Shown here: positions 58,334 through 64,000 of the stretch, piece after piece
Layout: every line of letters begins with the position of its first letter
How positions within the stretch are numbered: position 1 is the first letter of the stretch
Assembly (NCBI GenBank): GCA_022843825.1
Contig: JALHMX010000012.1
Span: 22,185 to 86,184, forward strand
Length of the DNA: 64,000 nucleotides
Reading direction: 5' to 3'
From: Pseudobdellovibrionaceae bacterium
GTDB lineage: Bacteria > Bdellovibrionota > Bdellovibrionia > Bdellovibrionales > Bdellovibrionaceae
The notes under the pieces: model-generated
The model's input: only the letters and a program-made list of their open reading frames with translations
The model's database searches: none
Told to the model about the DNA's origin: nothing
Position numbers and translations under genes: made by a program

Positions 58334-58728
58334 GCATGGTTTTGCGGGTAATCGCTGCGTCTACGTTTTACGTCGACGGAGAGGAAAGTCCGAGCTTCAT
58401 AGAGCAACGTCTGGGGTAACGCCCCTCTACCGTAAGGTAAGGAACAGTGGAACAGAAAGAATGTCCGGGGTTATGATCTGATTGTCGGGAACGGGAGACT
58501 TTCAGGGAATCGCCGGAGTGAAAACAGCTAAACTCGACGTGAAGCAAGATCAAATAGGGAAACGTTGTCATCTTAGGATGGCATAACAGTGGGCTCGCTG
58601 GTGGTTTCCGGGTTAGATCGCTTGAGCCTTTAAGTAATTAAAGGCCTAGAGGAATGATTACCGAAGTGTGATAGTAAATGTGGGAACGCACACACGGAAC
58701 AGAACTCGGCTTACAGCAAAACCATCCC
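58334..58728 (+). ncRNA. rnpB: RNase P RNA, bacterial type A
   Basis: Universally conserved blocks GAGGAAAGTCCGAGCTTCATAG, GGTAACGCC, AGCAAGATCAAATAGGGAAAC, CGCTTGAGCC and ACAGAACTCGGCTTAC. P1 pairs ATGGTTTTGC (58336-58345) with GCAAAACCAT (58716-58725). The ends are approximate. Confidence 0.93.
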
Positions 58729-58745
58729 ATCTTTTTCAAAAAAAT

Positions 58746-58767
58746 AAGGCGTACCTTCGTACGCCTT
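58746..58767 (-). terminator. Rho-independent terminator of gene 58799-59572
   Basis: AAGGCGTAC-CTTC-GTACGCCTT hairpin, followed on the minus strand by ATTTTTTTG. Confidence 0.75.
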
Positions 58768-58798
58768 AAATGTTAATAATATACTTTTTTTAATCTGA

Positions 58799-59572
58799 TT
58801 ACTTGTTAAATGCCTTTACTTTACTGTTAGAGGAATTAATTTTGATCACTTGGCTTGTAGAATCTACTTTTATAATACCGCTATGTTTCTCAATAAGTTG
58901 AACCACAGTATTTTTTATTAGATCCAAGCGACCTGACTTCAGACCAATTGTGCTAACGTTAAGACCGCACAGAACTGTTTTTCCATTGGCAGTGTTAATT
59001 GAAATTTGCTTCATGTCAGCATTTCCTGTTGAGCTGTAAATAAAAACTGACCCTTTGATGACGTCCAGTTTATGCCCATCAGCTAACTGGGCAATATCGA
59101 TGACATTGCTGAAGCCCGATTTATTGACATCTAAACATGAACCAACATGTAAGTCGTCATCCTCGGTCTCATCTTCATTAACAGACTGTTTAGGTACATC
59201 AGCAACTTGTTTAGGAGTTTCTTCCATGTCAGTGTTCTGCTTAGGTACATCAGCCACTTGCTTAGGAGTTTCTTCCATGTCAGTGTTCTGTTTAGGTACG
59301 TCAGCCACTTGTTCTGGCGCCTTGGTGTCGATGTTATCTACAGAGTCTTTAGTAGTATCTTTAACAGGAAGAGTGGTGACAATATTATTGTCCTCATCAG
59401 TTACTATAACACCTATAGAGTCCGGAACGTTGACGCCATGAGGGTCAACGAGCTGCAGCTGTCCTTTTTCATTCACAGGAGTGAAATGACTTTGAGAACA
59501 GTTCTGGAAAAAAACCATTAACGTACCAAACAAAGACACAATTAATAGATTACGAATTTTTAACTTGTTCAT
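58799..59572 (-). CDS. Secreted repeat-containing hypothetical protein
   Basis: Signal peptide and acidic 17-aa tandem repeats (QVADVPKQNTDMEETPK), followed by a beta-rich C-terminal domain. Confidence 0.6.
   Translation of the reverse strand: MNKLKIRNLLIVSLFGTLMVFFQNCSQSHFTPVNEKGQLQLVDPHGVNVPDSIGVIVTDEDNNIVTTLPVKDTTKDSVDNIDTKAPEQVADVPKQNTDMEETPKQVADVPKQNTDMEETPKQVADVPKQSVNEDETEDDDLHVGSCLDVNKSGFSNVIDIAQLADGHKLDVIKGSVFIYSSTGNADMKQISINTANGKTVLCGLNVSTIGLKSGRLDLIKNTVVQLIEKHSGIIKVDSTSQVIKINSSNSKVKAFNK
59186..59311. repeat. 51-bp tandem repeat (about 2.5 copies) inside the CDS
   Basis: Units at 59186-59236 and 59237-59287 differ at 3 positions (59189, 59206, 59210 versus 59240, 59257, 59261). A partial third unit starts at 59288. 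Confidence 0.9.
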
Positions 59573-59710
59573 TGGATCCCCCTACCACAGTATGCAGCAA
59601 TTTGCGCACCATTTCAAATCTAATAAAATCTACTTCTATAATCAATTAGTGTTTAACTTTTAAAAACTATCAAAAAGATATACTGCGCTAATCTCAACAT
59701 GAGACACTTT

Positions 59711-60397
59711 TTACATTCCTGAAAGTCTTTTGCGTACCCATAAACGAATTTTAGAAAGCTCTTTATCTGTTAGCCCTACAAAGTGGCCTTTGATGTAATA
59801 GTTATGGGTTTGATCTGCAGCTTTGGTGCATTCGGAAATCCTGACATTTGTAAAGCTGATTTCTAGCTGTGATAAAAAATCGCTGGATATGCGATACACT
59901 TGACCGAGATTAAGTTGATAGTTGGTCATCAATTTAATCTCACTTTCAGAAATTGTCAGTATATCGGTCTTAACATTCAGAGTTGCTGGGGCATTTACTG
60001 GCGCTTCGACGAAATCTACTTTTTCATGAGATTTTTCCAATAAACTTTTAATTTTAGCTGTCAAGATATCGGGGTCAATGGGCTTAATGATATAGTCGTT
60101 TGCGCCCACTGTAAGTGCTTTTTCAATGTCAGCTTGCTCCCTTTTTCCGGTCAACATGATAATAGGAATATCTTTATTGCGTTGGCCTGAACGAATCGTA
60201 GAGATAAGGGAGTATCCGCTTGCGCTCGCAGGCATAATCGCATCAGTAATTAACAAGTCGAAGTGCTCAGCATTAATTTTATCGAATGCATCCATCGAGT
60301 TCGTACAAGAAGCAACATAGTAGCCTTCTTTTACTAAGATGGCTTCGAGTGTAATTAAAATGGATTTGACGTCATCAACAATTAAAATCTTTTTCAT
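59711..60397 (-). CDS. Response regulator: REC domain plus PilZ-like C-terminal domain lacking RxxxR
   Basis: REC motifs (IVDDV...DLLITD...LTGK). The C-terminal ~100 aa resemble PilZ (TISESEI...IKGHFVGL) without an obvious RxxxR. Confidence 0.75.
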   Translation of the reverse strand: MKKILIVDDVKSILITLEAILVKEGYYVASCTNSMDAFDKINAEHFDLLITDAIMPASASGYSLISTIRSGQRNKDIPIIMLTGKREQADIEKALTVGANDYIIKPIDPDILTAKIKSLLEKSHEKVDFVEAPVNAPATLNVKTDILTISESEIKLMTNYQLNLGQVYRISSDFLSQLEISFTNVRISECTKAADQTHNYYIKGHFVGLTDKELSKIRLWVRKRLSGM

Positions 60398-62937
60398 GCG
60401 GCCTTCTTATCCAAACTTTTTATATTTTGTATTTCATTTTGAATGTCTTTTAAGGATAGATGAAACTCGCGCTCAAGCTCTGTCAGCAGACTTTTCAGGT
60501 CTGTATCTTGCACACCATTCTTTACATTTTCTATACTTTGACACAGTACTTGAACTTTTTTCGCACCTAAAGATCCACTGGCTGACTTTAGACTGTGGGC
60601 TACGTCCGATAATGAATTAAAATCGTTGTTATCGGCTAAGGTATGCATATTTTTTATAACTTCTGGTGTAGATTGACTGTATTCTTGAAATAGAACCTCA
60701 AGCAGTAAATCATTACCTACTGTTAATTCTTTAAGTTTGTGTAAGCTGGTTTTGTCAAAATTTCCAAAATATTTTTTTATAACGGCTACGAATTCTTCAA
60801 TCATTATAGGTTTATTGATAAAGTCAGACATTCCAGCCTCTAAGCACTTATTAAGTCCAGTGACTTGGCCTTCCGCGGTTAAGGCGACCACCTTAATTTG
60901 CTGATGACTTGACTTGTGTTTTTGTAATTCATTAATTTTTTTAGTGGCCTCATAGCCATTAAGTACGGGCATATTACAATCCATTAATACAAGATCATAT
61001 TTATGAGTTTGAAACATTTCGAATGCTTCTGCTCCATTATTGGCAATATCAGCAGTGAATCCTAATTTACTTAAATACTGTTGAACAACTTTTTGATTAA
61101 TAATGTTATCTTCAGCGACTAAAATATGACCTGCAAATGAATTATTGAAATCAGAAAGCTTTATATTTTTAGTGGCATTAGATTGATTTGATCCCTTTTG
61201 TAAGTTCAATTCAAACCAAAAAGTAGAACCCTTTCCTGGCTCACTAGTGACACCAATTCTTCCCTTCATTAAGTCAACGAGCTGCTTACAGATGCTTAGG
61301 CCTAATCCAGTACCACCGAATTTAATACCAGTTTTCGTTTGAAAAAATCTTTGAAAAAGTCGATCGAGCTCTTTTTGATCCATACCTGGGCCTGTATCAG
61401 TTACAGAAATACGTAGTAAACTTTCTTTATCTCGATCCTGCAAAAGTTCAGCTTTAATTGTTATGCTGCCATTTGAAGTAAACTTAGAGGCATTTCCTAC
61501 TAAATTAATTAAAATCTGACGAATTCGGTTTTCATCTGCTACATAATATTTGTTTACATTTTCTGGAAAATCTAGATGCATCTGATTATTTTTTTCCGTG
61601 CTGGGCAGTCTAAAATTCTCTAAGACATCTTTTATTAAGAAGCTTAGATCAAAATTAGTTTGGATAAGCTCTATTTTTCCGGCTTCAATTTTAGAATGAT
61701 CAAGAATGTCATTTATTAGTGCTAGTAGTGAATAAGCTGATCGTCTGATAATGCTTACAAATTCTGACTGCTGTTCGTCAAGTTTCGATTCACTTAATAG
61801 GGTCGTTAATCCAATGATGCCATTCATAGGTGTACGTATTTCATGACTCATAGAAGCTAAAAAATCTGATTTTTTCTGTGAACCCTCTATGGCAACTTGA
61901 CGCTCTTTTTTCCATAGCTCCTCGAGCTGCTTTTTGTGGCTTATATTTTTCATCACAACAACTGCACCCAGTGTTTCACCCTTTTCATCGACGAAAAATC
62001 CATTTGAGGCTGAAATGTAAATTCCTTCAGGATGAATTCGATTGCGCACAAATATTTCCTGGTCTGTAACGATATCTTTTTTCACGGCCTTATGAAAAGG
62101 AGAATCATTTTTTAGCAGCTTTTGTCCTTCCATATTGTAGAAGCCAATAAGATCTAGCGAGCTCTGATAGTAGATATCCTTTACATTTGATCCAATAATT
62201 TCTAAGGCCGATTGATTGTAGTAAGTAAAAAAACCAAATCGATCAGACACCACAACACCTTCAGACATATTATCAATAACACTTAAGAAAGTTTTAAGTT
62301 CAGATTCTTTTTGAACGAGTGTATTTTTTAGTTTTGTACTTATAGAGTAAAATAGCCAAATCGAGACTAGGGAAAATAAACTAAGGCCCATAATTGAAAG
62401 GAAAAATAAAAAGGTAGGTCGATTAAAAGAGAAAAGGCTAAACTCAGTGACTGACGGATGTTGATTAAGTTGGGCATATCTTTCGAAGTATACCGAAGGA
62501 GTTGAGACAGCAGTTGAACTTTTCTTATCTGATAAAAGCGTTCTAGTTGAGTCAAGAAATTTAAAAGCCTCGTTGTTAGTTTCCAGGAACTGTTTTTTTA
62601 AACTTAAGTTGTTATTAAAAAAAGAAGAAGAATCAATTTCTTTGTTAAGGCGATTGTATTCATTGGCCAGCTTATTATACTGATCAATCTGCTCATTAGC
62701 AATATGACGCGTTCCCTTAGTGATCTCAGTTTTTAATTTGTCATTTTGATGAAGTATATTTATTGCCCGCTCAACTAGATTTTCAACTAAGATTTGTGAC
62801 TCGCTTTTAATTTTTTCATGAAACGAAATTTGGTTGTTATGATGAGCAAAAATAGTTAGCCCGCTGATTAAACAGATTATAGCCAATAAAGCGAAAAAAA
62901 GCGGAAGAACAAATGAAGTTTTTCGAGGTTGTTGCAT
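60394..62937 (-). CDS. Hybrid sensor histidine kinase (TM-PAS-HisKA-HATPase-REC-HPt)
   Basis: H-box SHEIRTPMN and G-box GTGLGLS, a receiver ([10 protein letters not shown]) and an HPt motif [12 protein letters not shown] at the C-terminus. Confidence 0.9.
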   Translation of the reverse strand: MQQPRKTSFVLPLFFALLAIICLISGLTIFAHHNNQISFHEKIKSESQILVENLVERAINILHQNDKLKTEITKGTRHIANEQIDQYNKLANEYNRLNKEIDSSSFFNNNLSLKKQFLETNNEAFKFLDSTRTLLSDKKSSTAVSTPSVYFERYAQLNQHPSVTEFSLFSFNRPTFLFFLSIMGLSLFSLVSIWLFYSISTKLKNTLVQKESELKTFLSVIDNMSEGVVVSDRFGFFTYYNQSALEIIGSNVKDIYYQSSLDLIGFYNMEGQKLLKNDSPFHKAVKKDIVTDQEIFVRNRIHPEGIYISASNGFFVDEKGETLGAVVVMKNISHKKQLEELWKKERQVAIEGSQKKSDFLASMSHEIRTPMNGIIGLTTLLSESKLDEQQSEFVSIIRRSAYSLLALINDILDHSKIEAGKIELIQTNFDLSFLIKDVLENFRLPSTEKNNQMHLDFPENVNKYYVADENRIRQILINLVGNASKFTSNGSITIKAELLQDRDKESLLRISVTDTGPGMDQKELDRLFQRFFQTKTGIKFGGTGLGLSICKQLVDLMKGRIGVTSEPGKGSTFWFELNLQKGSNQSNATKNIKLSDFNNSFAGHILVAEDNIINQKVVQQYLSKLGFTADIANNGAEAFEMFQTHKYDLVLMDCNMPVLNGYEATKKINELQKHKSSHQQIKVVALTAEGQVTGLNKCLEAGMSDFINKPIMIEEFVAVIKKYFGNFDKTSLHKLKELTVGNDLLLEVLFQEYSQSTPEVIKNMHTLADNNDFNSLSDVAHSLKSASGSLGAKKVQVLCQSIENVKNGVQDTDLKSLLTELEREFHLSLKDIQNEIQNIKSLDKKAA

Positions 62938-63003
62938 ATTTTTTTATCGGTTTTTAGCAGTGTTTTCTGAACAAGTTTTTACCTAGACTTGACTAAAGGC
63001 TGG

Positions 63004-64000
63004 TTATCTTTTTTTGGCTAGTACAAAAAGCTCTTTACCTAATCTTTGTGGCAATGAATTCCGCAGTCTTCCCCAAAATAGGAATTGAAAACTGGGCTGC
63101 AATAAGGCGCGTAGCTCGTCTTCTGTAACACCGTACGGTGGTCCTGCGTTTTTAAACATGGTAAAAAACACGGACATCAGCTGTCCTTCTTCGTGTAACA
63201 TTCTTTTCCAAAGGACAATTAAATTTTCTCTTTGGTTGGCATCGATGGCGCAAAATAGAGTGTGCTCGATAACTAAGTCAAAATTAAAGTTCCACTCATG
63301 AGGTATATCAAAAATATTCATGTGTTCAAACGTCAAATTTGATAAGTGGCCGTACTTTTTCTTGGCCCCACTGATTGCAGCACTTGAAAAGTCGATTGCA
63401 GTGACAACATGTCCGACTTCAGCAAAAAGTGCGGCATCATGCCCGTACCCACAACCTAAAACCAAAATTCGCGATTTAGGTAGTTTTAGTCTTGGCAGCA
63501 TATCCTTAAAAGCTTCGGCAGGTTGGTTTAAGTCCCAACCAGGACGCGATTCATTTTTATAAATTTCACTCCAAAATAATGATGATTTAATTTCAGTGCG
63601 AGGTAAATAGTACGGAGGAGTGGCATATCTTTTATTTTCAATTGTAAAACTGTCATCATCGTATTTGCTGCACATAGAAAAAAGCTGGTTTAAAGCTTTT
63701 TTAGATAGTCGAAAAGGCGCACCATTTACAGTCAGGCCGCAAAAATGATCTTTTTGATTAACGGTCCAGGCTTCAGGTAGTGTTTCAAAATACAGTCCGG
63801 ACTCGGTGTATATAAGTAATCGGCCAGCGGATAAATGAATTGCCTGTGCAATAATCGGAAAATCAAATGATTCAACTATAAATTTTTCGTCATTAAGGTC
63901 AGTTATTAAAGTTTGATCTTCGCTAAGTTTAAGATTTTGAAAGACTTGATTGAGCAGATTTTGATCAGTGATTTTATGTTCTGTATCGTTTAAAAAAATT
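63004..64000 (-). CDS. SAM-dependent methyltransferase (TPMT/TehB-like), possibly with an N-terminal extension running off the window
   Basis: SAM motif VLGCGYGHDAALFA. The ORF track starts at ATG 63675, but my hand translation shows the same frame open with no stop and no Met from 63676 to 64000. Confidence 0.7.
   Translation of the reverse strand, partial: IFLNDTEHKITDQNLLNQVFQNLKLSEDQTLITDLNDEKFIVESFDFPIIAQAIHLSAGRLLIYTESGLYFETLPEAWTVNQKDHFCGLTVNGAPFRLSKKALNQLFSMCSKYDDDSFTIENKRYATPPYYLPRTEIKSSLFWSEIYKNESRPGWDLNQPAEAFKDMLPRLKLPKSRILVLGCGYGHDAALFAEVGHVVTAIDFSSAAISGAKKKYGHLSNLTFEHMNIFDIPHEWNFNFDLVIEHTLFCAIDANQRENLIVLWKRMLHEEGQLMSVFFTMFKNAGPPYGVTEDELRALLQPSFQFLFWGRLRNSLPQRLGKELFVLAKKR

Noticed and set aside
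58368-58571. 67-aa ORF on the minus strand
   Set aside because: It lies entirely within the RNase P RNA gene, whose conserved blocks are unambiguous on the plus strand. It is therefore a spurious ORF.
59186-59311. Possible CRISPR-like array
   Set aside because: The repeats are directly tandem with no spacers, are in frame, and code for a 17-aa unit inside a CDS. No cas genes are present in the window.
59055-59521. Plus-strand ORFs 59055-59441 and 59207-59521
   Set aside because: They are antisense to the repeat-containing secreted protein. They stay open only because the 51-bp tandem repeat lacks stops in several frames.

Overview
Gene-dense, AT-rich bacterial chromosomal window with about 60 protein genes and one ncRNA, often with overlapping start and stop codons. 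No rRNA, tRNA, CRISPR array or prophage was seen. The core content is housekeeping. It includes an AstD-like aldehyde dehydrogenase, mltG, a dus gene, typA, mtgA, tolQ-tolR-tolA-tolB, an Rrf2-sufBCDS-nfu operon and xseAB. It also includes two tandem flagellin genes (the first with a sigma-28-like promoter), pepP, glpD, an Fe-type SOD, a fused SpeH-SpeE polyamine gene, RNase P RNA and two hybrid histidine kinases. The short flagellins, many secreted or lipoprotein hydrolases, several cell-wall remodelling enzymes and low GC are compatible with a Bdellovibrio-like predator, but that is inference only.

Accessory or unusual content:
(1) A four-gene minus-strand operon (28152-33388) is a tandem duplication of a two-gene cassette. 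Each cassette has a ~690-aa lipoprotein with an HExxH / SE[AG]W gluzincin signature plus a small membrane-anchored partner protein, with overlapping reading frames. This is my best candidate for an undescribed system.
(2) A REP-associated tyrosine transposase (RAYT) gene sits inside a 25-bp inverted repeat directly next to that operon.
(3) Two more copies of the same palindromic element family lie at 48.2 kb and 57.0 kb. All three sit exactly between convergent stop codons, and their stems differ by compensatory substitutions.
(4) A pilin-like / HAMP-only / secreted-protein operon lies divergent from a lipoprotein with a clan-CD-like His/Cys dyad.
(5) Two unusually long intergenic regions (33.4 kb and 55.8 kb) have structure-forming sequence.

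All functional calls come from motif recognition by eye. No database search was run.
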